In this document: piece after piece, positions 43,931-59,297 of the stretch
Layout: each line of letters opens with the position of its first letter
Numbering within the stretch: position 1 is the stretch's first letter
DNA from: Octopus vulgaris
Taxonomy: Eukaryota
Direction: 5' to 3'
Assembly: GCA_951406725.2 (NCBI GenBank)
Contig: OX597832.1
Location: 21,576,001-21,640,000, forward strand
Length of the DNA: 64,000 nucleotides
Program-made: the position numbers and the translations under genes
Notes under the pieces: model-generated
Seen by the model: the letters and a program-made list of their open reading frames with translations, nothing else
Database searches by the model: none
Told to the model about the DNA's origin: nothing

Positions 43931-44280
43931 TATTTATTTTACATTGATACTGGTCATTCTCCCAACTATATTCTAATTTCTTGCAGAAGTAATGGTAGGG
44001 GATTCTTTCCAGCATCTTGGATTAGCCATCTATAAAAGGTTACAGCCATAACGAAGAAAACTTTTCAAATTTTTTAATCTGCCAACTGGATATTAGACAC
44101 AACAGAAGCATTAAAATTCTGGACATACTCGGAGACAGCATAATAGGCATAGAACATTCAACTCTGATGTTGGCGATGCTGTATCATGATCTTACCCGGA
44201 CAGACTACAGCAACTTAAAGAACTAATATGTATGTATGTGTGTACGTGTGTGTGTGTGTGTACATGTGTGTGTGACTGCT

Positions 44281-44315
<35 letters not shown>

Positions 44316-44385
44316 GCACACATATACATATATATGCATGTATGAATGCTTATATGTATACATGTACGTATATGTATGCATATAC

Positions 44386-44416
<31 letters not shown>

Positions 44417-44622
44417 TGAGCATCTGTGCCAAATATATATGAATACATTCCTATATAAACGTATATGTATATATATGCATACATACGTATGTGTATATAA
44501 ATGCATATATATATATATATATGGGCACATATATATATACACACATGCACACATATTATATGTATATATATATATATAAAATCTAAATATATAGATGGGT
44601 ACGTGTATGTGTGTATATGTGT

Positions 44623-44656
<34 letters not shown>

Positions 44657-44741
44657 TGTATGCATATACGTATACATATATGTATATGTATGTATGTATA
44701 TGCGTGTGTATGTATACATGTACTTTTGCGCGTATACATAC

Positions 44742-44890
<149 letters not shown>

Positions 44891-45353
44891 AGATGAGAAT
44901 CTGTACAAAATTTATGCATAAGGTATTTAATTTCTATGTAATTTCTATGGATTCTAAACTCATTTCTTTTCCTTTATTATAATCATTTTTATTTCTGTCT
45001 CTTCCTTTTATCCTTTAAACTCGCCACCTCTCTCTTGCACTCCTTCACCTTCTCTTCCTCTCTCTCTCTCTCTTCCTCTCTCTCTCACTGACTCTCTCTC
45101 TCTCTACTTTGCTCATTTATTTTTATTCTTATTTTCCTTATTATTTTTGCCCCTTTGCATCCTTGAGTTTTGTTCCTTTTTTTATTAATTTCTAACGTAA
45201 ATATTTTCTTTCAGCTTTTTTTATATCATTTTGTATACGTTCTTTTATATAAATCCTGTTTCTGTTTTGTTTTTTTTTTCCTTTATACACTTTTTTCGCT
45301 ATTTGGTCATCATACTGGATGACTTACACATACATGTTTCATTATTATTATCA

Positions 45354-45421
<68 letters not shown>

Positions 45422-45481
45422 GTTGTTGTTGTTGTTGTTATTATTATTATTGCTATTGTTGTACTTTACTTGTTCTTCTTC

Positions 45482-45522
<41 letters not shown>

Positions 45523-45538
45523 TTTATTTTTATTATTA

Positions 45539-45579
<41 letters not shown>

Positions 45580-45633
45580 GTTATTGTTATTATTATTATT
45601 GCTATTGTTGTACTTTACTTGTTCTTCTTCTTC

Positions 45634-45679
<46 letters not shown>

Positions 45680-46331
45680 TATTTACTTAGAATTGCTGCT
45701 CACTTAACTAGCTATCTTGTTTGTTATCTTCCTTGATTCCGTCCTTGGCTTCCATCTTCTTTCTCGTTTTCTCTCTCTTTCTCTCTCTTTGGTTTTCTCT
45801 CTCTCTTTCTCCTCTCCCTTTCCCTATCTATCTACCTATCTATCTATCTATTTATCCCTATCTCTCTCGCTCTCTCTCTCAAACTGCCAAACGATTTATT
45901 TGTCCACCCTTCTCTGTGGTTCTCTCTTCCTCTCTTCTCTCTCTCTTCTCTCTCTCTCTCTCTCTCTCTTCATTTCGACCTTCCTTTCCACTATTAATTC
46001 CTTCTATTTTCATATCATATTGTATTTATTATTTTTCTTTTGGAGGATGATTTTTCAACATATATATATATATATTCACTCATTCTTTTATTCGCTCATT
46101 CTTTTATTCACTCATTCAACTATTCCTTGATTCTATTCTTTGGTCGGATCGTTCGCGTTGGATAATTCTGGTTATTTCAATACAATGAATTCGCCTTCCG
46201 TTTGTCATCTTTTATATCTTGTTTTTTTTCCCTCTCGTTTTTATTTCTTTATGCATTTAGTTTTGATTTACTTAATTCTTCTGCTTTTCAGGCATTATAT
46301 ATATGTGCATGTGTATATAGGTATGTATACA

Positions 46332-46378
<47 letters not shown>

Positions 46379-46476
46379 ATGTATGTATATATATATACAC
46401 ATAGACATATATTTCATATATTTATATCAATTTGTCTTCCTAATTTTATATGCATATACATATATATATATATAAT

Positions 46477-46508
<32 letters not shown>

Positions 46509-46858
46509 TGCATATGTACATGCATAGATATGTGCGGGTATGAGTATGTGTGTGTGTGTGTGTGTGTGTGTGTATACATGTGTTGGACTGCCAATACATA
46601 GAAGTATATAAATATACGTATTATTACAGTATTTCTTCCTTTGGCCTCGCTTCCTTATTTTGTAGTTCTCTTCTACGACAAGGGACTAGCACCAAAGAGT
46701 AATAATTAAGATAAAATGAAAATACAAAAACCAATATCAACAGGAAAAGATATTAAATAAACATTAACAAAAAAAATTGTAAATGAAAGAAAGGAAGTTT
46801 CAAAATGAACTACTTAAGACTATATGTACATGCATATAAACATATATACATATATATG

Positions 46859-46910
<52 letters not shown>

Positions 46911-47160
46911 GTCTATCTGTCTATATATATGTATACATATATATATATATATATATCATATATATATATATATATATATATATGTAAATGTATATGAATA
47001 TATATATATATATGTGTATGTGTGTATGTATGTATAGTATGTATGTGTTCATGTATACATAAATATATACATGTGTGTGAACATATCTAAATCAACGTAT
47101 TTGTTTAGACATGTATTTTTACATGCATATGTCTGTCTTTACATGTGTGTGTGTACCTAC

Positions 47161-47223
<63 letters not shown>

Positions 47224-47272
47224 TTATACATATATATATATGTATATATGTGTATGCACACGCAAACACACA

Positions 47273-47319
<47 letters not shown>

Positions 47320-47546
47320 TATATATCATATAAACGTGTGTGTGTAAGTACGTATAATAGTGGCGAAAGCGAGGATAAAAGAACTTCCCGAAAGAAATTT
47401 TAAACACCAAAAATAAAGAAACGAATAAATAAATAAAAACTAAAGGCATAACAAATATCACAAAAAAATGACAATGACAACAATAAGACCAACGACGACA
47501 ATGCTAATACTACTACTATTACTACTACTACTACTACTACTACTAC

Positions 47547-47593
<47 letters not shown>

Positions 47594-47690
47594 AAAATAA
47601 CAACCATGATGATGATACCCAAGATGGCGACATTGATGACAACAATGATATTATTATTGTTACTAGTAGTAATAATAATAGTAGTAGTAC

Positions 47691-47758
<68 letters not shown>

Positions 47759-48249
47759 ACAAAAATAATAATGATGATGAGGATGATGATAATAATAATA
47801 ATAAGAAGAAGAAGAAGAAGAAGAATGATGATAATAATAATAATAATAATAATACATAACAATGTTTTTAAAAAGGGAAAAAATATATGGGAGTATTATT
47901 AAAAATAAAGAGTATAAAAAAACGGTGGGGGAGGTATTCAATTCTTGCCAAACGGTCACAAAAGAAGTCTTATTTTGTGTAAAATAAAATAAAATAAAAT
48001 AAAATAAAATAAAATGAAATAAAAGGCAACAAAGGAATCAGCCGGTACAATCGAAGGAGATGTCATTATTTGTAAAAGAGGGAGAAGTGAGGAAGAGGGA
48101 AAATTAGAAGAAGAAGAAGAAGAAGAAGACTGATTGAAGTAAAGTGTTGATGAAGGTGGTGGTAGTGATAGTGGTATGAAGAGATAAGTAGAAGACAAGA
48201 GAAAAGAACTGTTAAAAGAGTTACACACACACACACACATACACATATA

Positions 48250-48300
<51 letters not shown>

Positions 48301-48429
48301 GAGGTACAATTGCACACGTACACATATATACACGTATAAAATAAAAGAATATTTTTTTTGTATTTAATATTATCATTATCATTACCATTATCAGTAGTAG
48401 TGGTAGTAGTAGTAGTAGTAGTAGTAGTC

Positions 48430-48476
<47 letters not shown>

Positions 48477-48694
48477 CGTAGTAGTAGTACTAGTAGTAGT
48501 ATTTAAACGGAAAAGAAAATGAGGAACTACAACAACAGTGTCAACAATAACAATAGAGAAAGATTTTGATATATACGTGTGCACATATATGTATATATAT
48601 ATATATATATACATATATTTGTGTGTGTCTGTGTGAGTGTGTACATAACTATATATATATACACACACACACATATAGATATATAGATAAATAT

Positions 48695-48744
<50 letters not shown>

Positions 48745-49239
48745 AGAAAGACAGAGACAGACAGAATGAAAGAAAGAAATAAGAAAGGAAGACAGAAAGA
48801 AGAAATGAAGGAAAAAAGAAAGAAAAAAAAAGAAAAAAGAAAGAAAGAACGAATGAAAGAAAGAAAAGTAGGTGGAATGAAAGGAACGAAAATAGTTGTA
48901 AAGTGGCCCTGTACACAAGAGGTGGATGTATTAGGATTTTGCTTTGGAGGGGTTGGCATTGGGAAAAGGGACAAAAAGAGAAGACGAAAAAGTAACAAGG
49001 TTAAGCAGAAAGAATGATGAAATGACAGAGAGGGAGTGAGAGGAAAAGAGAGACGAAGAGCGTTAGAGCGAACGAGAGAGAGGGAGAGAGGGGGGATGTG
49101 AGAGTGTGAGCGAGGGACAAATCTAAGCAGACATTTGAATGGGTTAAAATTAAAAGAATCTCGCCTTGAGATGCAAATAGAAGGAAATGATTATGTATTC
49201 TTATGTATGCATGAATGGATTTATGTATATATACTTACA

Positions 49240-49293
<54 letters not shown>

Positions 49294-50187
49294 CATATGT
49301 ATGAGTATATATGTGTGTGTAGGTATCTATATATAAACACAAACATTCATACATATATAAATATACACATATATAGATATGCATATATACACATATATAA
49401 TGCATATATATATATATATATATGTATATATATGTATATATATACATATATATATATTATTTATTATATATGTATATATATATATATATATATATACATG
49501 TAGATATATGTATATACACACATACAAACATATATATATATATATACACACACACAACCATACACACACATATATATGTGTGTGTATATATATATACATA
49601 TCAATGCTTGTAGATATATGTATATATACATACACATACATGTATACATGCATACAAACATACACATACGCACGCACACGCACAGACACACACATATGCC
49701 TATATATGTATAAAAGTGTATATATGTATACGTGCATGCGTGCATATTGCTGCGTATGTCATTGCTTATGGCACATGATTCTGCATGTGTGCTTGTGTGT
49801 GTTTCTGTGTGTGTGTTTGCGTGTGTGAACGTGTGTCTAAGCGCCATTATGCGCATAAATACGTGAATAGTGATGGGCAAGTAAGCATTTAATGTGCAAG
49901 AGAGCAAGGTTGAATGCCAAAGGGAGAGAATTGGCCTGAAGGAAAAGGCGAGGCTCATAGATATGTATTGTCGGGATGTTTGTATATCCCCGTGTTTTGT
50001 TGATGGTGTTGTTGTTGTTGCTGTAAGTTAATTAGGGAGAGAGCATTGATTTCATTAAATTAGATTCGGAAGAAAAAGGGTTGGAGAGGAAGTGGAAGGG
50101 GACAGACAGAAAGATAGATAGATAGATAGACAGACACACAGAGGCAGAGGGATAGATTGGCTGAAGAATATACCGAAATATGAACAC

Positions 50188-50230
<43 letters not shown>

Positions 50231-50272
50231 CGTGTGTGTGTGTATGTATATGTATATATATGTATATATATG

Positions 50273-50309
<37 letters not shown>

Positions 50310-50324
50310 ATATATATATCTTGT

Positions 50325-50602
50325 TGTTCCTTCCCGAGCCATGCCTGGCTCATAAGCGCCGGTTTTTCCGGTTTCATTGGCATATAGGTCCCCCACCTGG
50401 ACGGAAAGCCGGTCCGTCGCAGGTGAGCTGCAAGATGCAGGAGGAAAGAGTGAGAGAAAGTTGTGGCGAAAGAGTCAGCAGAAGTTCGCCAATACCTTCT
50501 GCCAGAGCCGCGTGGAGCTTAGGTGTTTCGCTCATAAAAACACACACCGCCCGGTCTGAAATTCGAACCCACGAACCCTCGACCGCCTGTCCGCTGCTCT
50601 AA
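50325..50602 (-). mobile_element. SINE family C, 5'-truncated
   Basis: Closely similar to 37515-37794. Confidence 0.9.
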
Positions 50603-50604
50603 CG

Positions 50605-51064
50605 ACTATATCGTCATTAAGAATGAAATGTCCGATTTTCTTATGCACCAAGTTTGACATTCGTTAACTGTAATGTTTTATCCTGACAATTCTTTGTTTT
50701 ACAACATTGAAGAGTTACATTATCACTTTTTGAAATTCAATTCATGGTGTCTGATTATATTGTGAATTTTCTTTTATAAATAAATTTTTGTGAACAAAAA
50801 TTCGTGTTGCTTATGAAAGAGTTCCGTCGTGGAACCAGTGCATCCCAGACAGCTCGAAACACCAATGAGGTGTTTGGTGAAGATGTGACGAATGAGTCCA
50901 CTGTACGTCGACGGTTTGAGAAGATCCGGTCTGGTGACTTTACTCTTGAAAATCAGCCCCGTAGTAGACCTGAGACCAAGGTGGATAATGATGAGATGGA
51001 AATTGTAGTGGAAACGAATATGTCTCAAACTACACGTGAGTTAGCAGGATGGTTAGACGTTTGA
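50605..51064 (+). pseudogene. mariner 5' remnant encoding the N-terminal HTH of the transposase
   Basis: EFRRGTSASQTARNTNEVFGEDVTNESTVRRRFEKIRSGDFTLENQPRSRP...TTRELA matches the mariner HTH / RSGRP pattern; truncated. Confidence 0.85.
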
Positions 51065-51377
51065 TGTTACTATATATATAGTGTAAGAAACTGAGGAAAA
51101 GAGATCCTTCAAAGGGGTATGTTAAACATCCAATTCATGGTACAGCAGTTGAGTACCATATAAATATCGGTATAATGCAATTACAAAGATAAAATTAAAT
51201 AGAGAGATTCTATTGACAATCCAATAATTTATTTATACTATAATATTACATAATATGCTATGAATATAATATAACATAATATTATATAACATAAACAATT
51301 ATTAAGAAAAAAAGAAAAAGGCCAACAAATTGTTTCGGCGTATATACATTTTCTAATATATATACGCAATAATAGTT

Positions 51378-51462
<85 letters not shown>

Positions 51463-51468
51463 TGTATG

Positions 51469-51548
<80 letters not shown>

Positions 51549-51616
51549 GGTCCCGGGTTGAGTCAGGGTTAACCACAGTAAATAAGGTACTCAATACATA
51601 GCAGAGTAAATTAATT

Positions 51617-51736
51617 TATTTTATAGAAGGAGCTTCTACAGGACTAGAACTGTTTCATTCAAATGAAATCTTCAGGAAGCTTCCTGAAGATTTCATTTGA
51701 ATGAAACAGTTCTAGTCCTGTAGAAGCTCCTTCTAT

Positions 51737-51742
<6 letters not shown>
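51617..51742. repeat. Perfect 126-bp palindrome with a hammerhead motif on each strand
   Basis: Axis at 51679/51680. Plus strand 51678-51728: AGCTTC CTGAAGA tTTCAttTGAAt GAAA CAG ttctagtc CTG TA GAAGCT. Confidence 0.9.
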
Positions 51743-51791
<49 letters not shown>

Positions 51792-52045
51792 GAAATATGT
51801 TACGAAAAGAAAATATAAAATACACGTGGAAATGTAAGGGTTAAAATATGAAAAATCAACGATGAATAGCCTTCGCGTAAATTATTGGTTCGTTTTGTTC
51901 TCTTACTTTATTATCATCTTATAATCATCTCATAATAATGACTTTTATGAATCGTATTACTACCTCAGTCAATCTAAATGTATATATTTGTCACTACCTG
52001 TCATAAGTAGCCTTTTTCTATTTGCGATATGCATTTTCGTTGATT

Positions 52046-52080
<35 letters not shown>

Positions 52081-52289
52081 TCACTTCAGGGTCATGGTTT
52101 AAAGATAGACGAAATTCCGTGTGAAAGGACGGCTGGATTGCAAAGATTAATTCAAATGTATATGTATAATGAGCGTGGACGTTAACTATTCAATCATACG
52201 TCAATTACAATTAAAAACAACAACAAAAACTCTCTAACGGATGATACAACCAAGTAAGTGCAATTCACAACCATCGAAATTCACTTATT

Positions 52290-52488
52290 ACTCTTTTTAC
52301 TTGATTTAGTGGTTTTGACTGCGGCCATGCTGGAACACTGCCTTTAGTCGAGCAAATCGACCCAAGGACTTATTCTTTGGGAGCCTAGTACTTATTCTAT
52401 CGGTCACTTATGCCGAACCGCTAAGTTACGGGTATGTAAACACACTAGCATCGGTTGTCAAGCGATGTTTGGGACCCGCACACACGCA

Positions 52489-52495
<7 letters not shown>
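52290..52495 (-). mobile_element. SINE family A, 3' half
   Basis: GACTGCGGCCATGCTGGAACAC...GCCGAACCGCTAAGTTACGGG. Confidence 0.85.
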
Positions 52496-52527
<32 letters not shown>

Positions 52528-52537
52528 CCGGGATCCG

Positions 52538-52867
52538 GGACCCCCTTCGGTCACGACACTGACGATGGGATTGCACCTAGAAAGTTACCCTCCTAGTCAC
52601 AAGTCTGGGCAAGGTGGTTTATGGAAGACCAACAGTCGTCCATGCATACCGGCCACCCCTCTCCACGCCACCAGTGTTATCCAAGGGAAAGGCAAAGACT
52701 GATACAGCTTGGCACCCGTGACGTCGCAACTCATTTCTACACCTGAGTGAACTGGAGCAACGTGAAATAAAGTGTCTTGCTCAAGAATACAACACGCAGC
52801 CCGGTCAGGGATTCGAGCTCACAACCTCACGATCGTAAGCTCGACGCTCTAACCACTGAGCCATGCG

Positions 52868-52869
<2 letters not shown>
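52538..52869 (-). mobile_element. tRNA-derived SINE family D, full length, alternative 3' half
   Basis: GGCGCATGGCTCAGTGGTTAGAGCG, GAGCTCGAATCC, TTCTTGAGCAAGACACTT on the minus strand; lies within the microsatellite adjoining a family A half. Confidence 0.88.
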
Positions 52870-52928
<59 letters not shown>

Positions 52929-52931
52929 ATG

Positions 52932-52983
<52 letters not shown>

Positions 52984-53389
52984 ACGATTTCTTGAAGAAA
53001 ACATCTATGCTCGTTCTGTATTTTGATCAGTATTTCTAAGCCTCTTTTAAAAAATCTGGTCATTCTTGGCTAACTTCTTCATATTTTGCAAAAGAATTAA
53101 AGATTAATTTGCAAGATTACTTAAAATTATACTTACCATTCATTAACCGATGCAGTTTACGTTGGAAAGGTACGTTTTTGAAATTTGGTGATTAAAAAAT
53201 GAATAACTTCAAAACTAAATCCGAAAAAGTCAACAATCGTACTAAATGCAATGTCCTCCATTGAGATTTCTCCATAACACGTGTGTGTGAAAAACTTTAA
53301 ATAGTGAATGCGCCTGTTGCAATTGAAATTCCTTTTTCTAAAAGATTTGATTCATTCAGTTTTAAATTTTTCTTTTATATAATATGTTG

Positions 53390-53545
53390 TACTCTTTTGC
53401 CACAACTTTCCCTCATTCCCACTTCCTGTTTCTTGAGTAACGCAGGGATGGACTGGCGTCCAGTTCAGCTGGGGAGAACACATACGCCACAGAAGCCGAG
53501 AAACCGGGCCCATGAGCCTGGCTAGGTTTGAAAAGGGCGACGTTT
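53390..53545 (+). mobile_element. SINE family C-related 3' fragment
   Basis: GATGGACTGGCGTCCAGTTCAG...GAAACCGGGCCCATGAGCC. Confidence 0.65.
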
Positions 53546-53573
53546 TATATATATATATATGTGTGTGTGTATG

Positions 53574-53622
<49 letters not shown>

Positions 53623-53623
53623 G

Positions 53624-53685
<62 letters not shown>

Positions 53686-53732
53686 TACATATACATATAT
53701 ATATACACATATATACACATACACACACACAC

Positions 53733-53777
<45 letters not shown>

Positions 53778-54157
53778 GTTAGTAGAAATCATTGTATCTC
53801 ATTCAGGAAATATGCAAAGATGCTTTCTGTTTTTTGTTTTCGTTTTTGTTTTTTGGGAGATTCCTCTCCCAAACCCAGCATAACTTCCAAACTATCCTGT
53901 TGAATTCTGAAATTCTTTGGAATATTCTAAGATTCCACCACAGTGGCCTCTGACAGAACTGGCATAACACTATTACAGCGCCTTGGTCAGTTTTGGTTAC
54001 GGAACGGCACTACACTCGCAACACATAACTACAGTGTGTATGTATGTGTACATATATATATACATATATATATATGTGCATATATGTATATATATTACAT
54101 TACATTGTTCTCTCTTTTCTTCCTTTTATACAAGTGTTATATCCGCATACATGCATA

Positions 54158-54567
54158 GGCACAGGAGTGGCTATGTGGTAAGTAGCTTGTTTACTATCCA
54201 CATGGTTCCGGGTTCAGTCCCACTGCGTGGCACCTTGGGCAAGTGTCTTCTACTATAGTTTCGGGCCGACCAAAGCCTTGTGAGTGGATTTGGTAGACGG
54301 AAACTGAAAAGAAGCCCATCGTATATATGTATATATATATATATGCATGTGTGTGTTTGTGTGTCTGTGTTTGTCCCCCTAGCATTGCTTGACAACCGAT
54401 GCTGGTGTGTTCACGTCCCCGTCATTAGCGGTTCGGCAGAAGAGACCGATAGAATAAGTACTGGGCTTACAAAAGAATAAGTCCCGGGGTCGAGTTGCTC
54501 GATTAAAGGCGGTGCTTCAGCATGGCCGCAGTCAAATGACTGAAACAAGTAAAAGAGTAAAAGAGAG
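54158..54567 (+). mobile_element. SINE family A, full length
   Basis: Same architecture as 30900-31316. Confidence 0.93.
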
Positions 54568-56802
54568 AGAGAGTATGTACGTATGTGTATGTGTGAGAGA
54601 GAGGGGCGGGGAGAAAGTGAGTGATATCGTCAGTTTATTTTCCAATTTTCAAATTTTTCTTCTCCATATTGTTAAAAGTGAGACTCTTTTCAAAGACTTC
54701 TTTTATCAGTTCTTTTGCTGGTGTTTGTTTGGCTCAAATGGTAGTTTGCTTCATTGAGTGAGCTGTGAAAGTGAGTGAGTGTGAGAGTGAGTGAGGGGGC
54801 TAGTGAGTGAGTGACGAAGAGAGGGAGAGAGAGAGAGTGATGACTGAGAGAGTGCAATTGTCAGTGATTGAACGATTGGATGAGGTATCATGAAATAAAG
54901 AAATAGAAATTATATATATATACATATATATATCTATGTATGTATATATAATATATATATGTATGTATGTATGTATATATATACATATATATGTGTGTGT
55001 ATGTATATGTATGTATATACACATATATGTGCATATATGCACATACATGTGTATTTATAAATATATCCATATACATTCATATTTATATATATATATATAC
55101 ACACATATATGCGCATGTATATATATATACATATATATATACATACACTCATATATGCGCATGTATATATATATACATATATATATATACATATTAATAT
55201 AAATATATTATAGATATATAAATATATATACATATACATATATGCATGTATGTATATATATATATATGCATATATATATATACATATATATATATGTATT
55301 TATATATATACATATATATATATATGTATTTATATATATATATATATACATATTATATATATATATATATATATATGTATTTATGCATGTATGTATGTAT
55401 GTATGTATGTATGTATGTATGTATGTATGTATACAGACAAATACACACGCATATTTCCAAAGAATGGGAAACAAAGGTGATGACAGACAGAAAGACAAAT
55501 AGTCGGGCGACCAGACAGACAGACAGACATTACAATATTACGGAGACAATGGGAAATATAATGACAACAAACACTAAAAAAAAGTGACAATAAAGTAAAA
55601 TTTAAAAAACAAAATAATAATAATAAATAAAAAAAAGCGAAAAGGAAAGGATGAAAGTATGGAAGAATGAAAAAGCTGGCGAATAGAGTAAAAAAGAAAT
55701 TTTTTTTCCCTAATTGTAATTATCATCATCATCATCATCGTCGTCATCGTCGTCGTCGTCATCATCATCATCATCATCATGCTTCTCAACGCGATTAGCG
55801 CCTCCGCCATCACCATCGCTATCATTATCGTCGTCGTCGTCGTCGTCGCCTTTGTCGTCGATATGATCATCATCATCATCAACAACATTATCATCATGAT
55901 CACAATAGTAGTAGTAGTAGTAGTAGTAGTAACTGGAAGAAGAAGAAGAAGGAGAAGAAGAGGAAGACGAAGAAGAAGAAGAAGAAGAAGAGGAAGTGGA
56001 AGAAGAAGAAGAAGAAGAAGAGGAAGGGGAAGAAGAAGAAGAAGAAGAAGAAGAAGAGGAAGTGGAAAAAGAAGAAGAAGAAGAAGAAGAAGAAGAAGAA
56101 GAAGAAGAAGAAGAAGAAGAAAAAGAAGAAGAAAAAGAAGAAGAAGAAGAAGAAGTGGAAGAAGAAGAAGGAGAAGAAGAAGAAGAAGAAGAAGAAGAAG
56201 AAGAAGAAGAAGGATTGTAATCGTTATCATCATCATCGCTACCATCATCATCATCATCATTGTCGCTATTGTTGTTAACAGTATTGTTGCCATTGCTATT
56301 GTTGCCCTCTCTCCCTATCTCTCTCTCTCCTTTTATCCTTCTTTCCCTTTGTCTCTCTCTCTCTTCCTTCTCTCTTTCTCTGTCTCTCCCTTTCTCTCTC
56401 TCTCTCTCCCTTTCTCTCTTTCTCTCTCCCTTTCTCTCTTTTCTCCCTTTCTCTCTCTCCCTTCCTCTCTCTCTTCCTCACCTTTTCTCCCACTCTCTCA
56501 ATTCCTCCTCTCTATTCACACATTATTTCGGTTCTTTTCAAAGAATATTTTAATGTTCCATTCAAGGATTTTTGCCTTTTGTTTTCTTTTTATTGTCTTT
56601 TATTTCTGTTGTTGTTGTTACTGTTTGTTGTTCGTTGTTTTGTTTTGTTTTGTTTGCTTCTTTTTGTTAGTTTTCTTTTGAGAAAAAAACTCTTTCTAAT
56701 AGCATCAACAATAAAATTAGCGTCATCATCAACATCGTTATCATCATTATCAACAATACCAGCGCCATCAATAGCAACAACAGCAGCAGCAACAACAACT
56801 AC

Positions 56803-56867
<65 letters not shown>

Positions 56868-57003
56868 TAATAGTAATGATAATAAAAATAATGATGATGA
56901 TGATAGTAATAACAACAACAACAAAATACCAGTTACGCATTGGAGATCGACATCATCGACTTAATCCCCTCCTCCAAGCTGTCCTCGTGGCAAAATTTGA
57001 ATC

Positions 57004-57069
<66 letters not shown>

Positions 57070-57205
57070 CATTATTATTTTTATTTTATTTTTTTTGTTG
57101 TTGTTGTGGTTGTGGTTGTTGTTGTGGTTGTTGTTGTTGTTGTTGTTGTTGTTTTTGTTGTTTTTGTTGTTATTCTTATTCTTATTCTTATTCTTCTTCT
57201 TCTTC

Positions 57206-57291
<86 letters not shown>

Positions 57292-57294
<3 letters not shown>

Positions 57295-57487
57295 CAGGAC
57301 GCCGGACGAAATGCCTAGCGGTATCTCGTCTGCCGCTACATTCTGATTTCAAATTCCGACGAGGTCGACAAAAATGCAATTTATCCGTTCGGGGGCGATT
57401 TAATTCGTACCAGTTACGCACTGGGGCCGACGTAATCGACTTAATCCATTCCCTCAAATTTGAGACATTGTGCTTCCAGTAGAAAGG

Positions 57488-57490
<3 letters not shown>
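57292..57490 (+). mobile_element. SINE family B, 5'-truncated (a 3' fragment also lies at ~56927-57005)
   Basis: GAAATGCCTAGCGGTATCTCGTCTGCCG...TACCAGTTACGCACTGGGG. Confidence 0.8.
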
Positions 57491-57526
<36 letters not shown>

Positions 57527-58038
57527 GAGTGAGAGAGCAGTGCATGCAATCAAAGTGACGCTGGGGTAAAATATACGATGCCCAATATACCCATCATGAC
57601 GACCCGTCTGATAAGGGTACACTAGGCACATACATCATAACCATATGTGCTATGTGCGTGACACAGTGATCTCATATCAAGATAAACAGCACATGACTTT
57701 GCAGGTGGGGCCCAGTGAGAATTTTCTTCTGGTCGAGTAGCCCATCCCACTCAAAAGGTCTCTGAATGAGGTTTGTTTAAAGATGCTGAACGAAATATTC
57801 ACACACACATTAATAACATTTATATTTTCATCATTATTTATATAATTTATGGAGGTGATTTCTTCCGTTTTTCCTTTTCCTTCTTTGTTTTTTTCATTTT
57901 CTTGTCTTTTTTACAAAAAAAAAAAAAAGAAACAATGACATGTTTTTGTTATTGACCCGCTCTTATCGATTCCAGACGATGCTAAGAAATTTGTCGTCAC
58001 TGTTTTATTTTGTATTTATTTTTGTATTGTGACAACTA

Positions 58039-58141
<103 letters not shown>

Positions 58142-58991
58142 CATCATCATCATTATTATTATTACTAGTATTAATGTTGAGTGTTATTTCATTCACCAAT
58201 CTCAATGAAACAACTCCGACATTCATCATCATCATTTTCGTCATCATCGTCATAATCATCTACATCAGTATCATCACCACTATCGTCGAAGTTACCACCA
58301 ACACCACTACCGCCATCGTCATATTCATTTCCGTCATCACCATCATCGTCGACGACGTCATTATAGTTATCATCATCATCAACAACATCATTATCATCAT
58401 CGTCATCATCATCGTCGTCGTCATCATCATCATCATCATCATCATCGTCGCCGTCGTCGTCATCTGGTTGCCGCTCCCGTTGTCTGCCATCTTTAACATC
58501 ATCGCTTATTATCATAGCCAAATTTTATTGATCGCGAATCTGAGTTCCTGTAGCGCTGGTCGTAGTGGAAGCCAAAGAAACTGCCTAGTTAGAATAAGGC
58601 TTGTTCTAATGGACTGTTGTAAGAATTTCCGTAAACCTATTACAATGCATCGTTTAGAATTGGTCACAAGTTTAGCGAAATAGCTGTTCTTTCATTGGGA
58701 GACACCACTTTAGCGAATTATTATCTGTTAAAAGAAATAATATTCATATATTGAATGCTTGTGTTCTTTTTCTTCTGTAGTATTTATTCGCTAAATATGA
58801 TACGCTATTGAAGAGATTTTTAAGTCAATAAGAGACAAGCTTAAAAACCCTACACTTCAGTTTAGACCCTTAAAGTATGACTCCAGTAAATATTCGGTTA
58901 TATGAAATGCATTTAAGAAGTTTTGATACATTTTTTTAGGAGACGCAGTTACAACTGTCCTTGATTTTTGTAAGTTTAATATTTCATTACT

Positions 58992-59155
58992 CAGGTGTGA
59001 CTGTGTGGTAAGTAGCTTGCTTACCAACCACATGGTTCCGAGTTCGGTCCCACTGCGTGGCACCTTGGGCAAGTGTCTTCTACTATAGTCTCGGGCCGAC
59101 CAAAGCCTTGTGAGTGGATTTGGCAGATGGAAACTGAAAGAAGCCCGTCGTATAT
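58992..59155 (+). mobile_element. SINE family A, 5' half ending at its internal (TA)n
   Basis: Head, B box GAGTTCGGTCC, CORE-like segment, AAGCCCGTCG(TA)n. Confidence 0.88.
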
Positions 59156-59237
59156 ATAGTTAATCCAAACATGAAAGCACAAAAAACAGAACAACACGAG
59201 GACGTGGAACAAATATAGTATTATTGGACGCTCAGGA

Positions 59238-59297
<60 letters not shown>

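Noticed and set aside
57527-57795. Complex segment after (ATT)n that may be another interspersed repeat
   Set aside because: Single copy in this window with no diagnostic termini; cannot be classified without a search.
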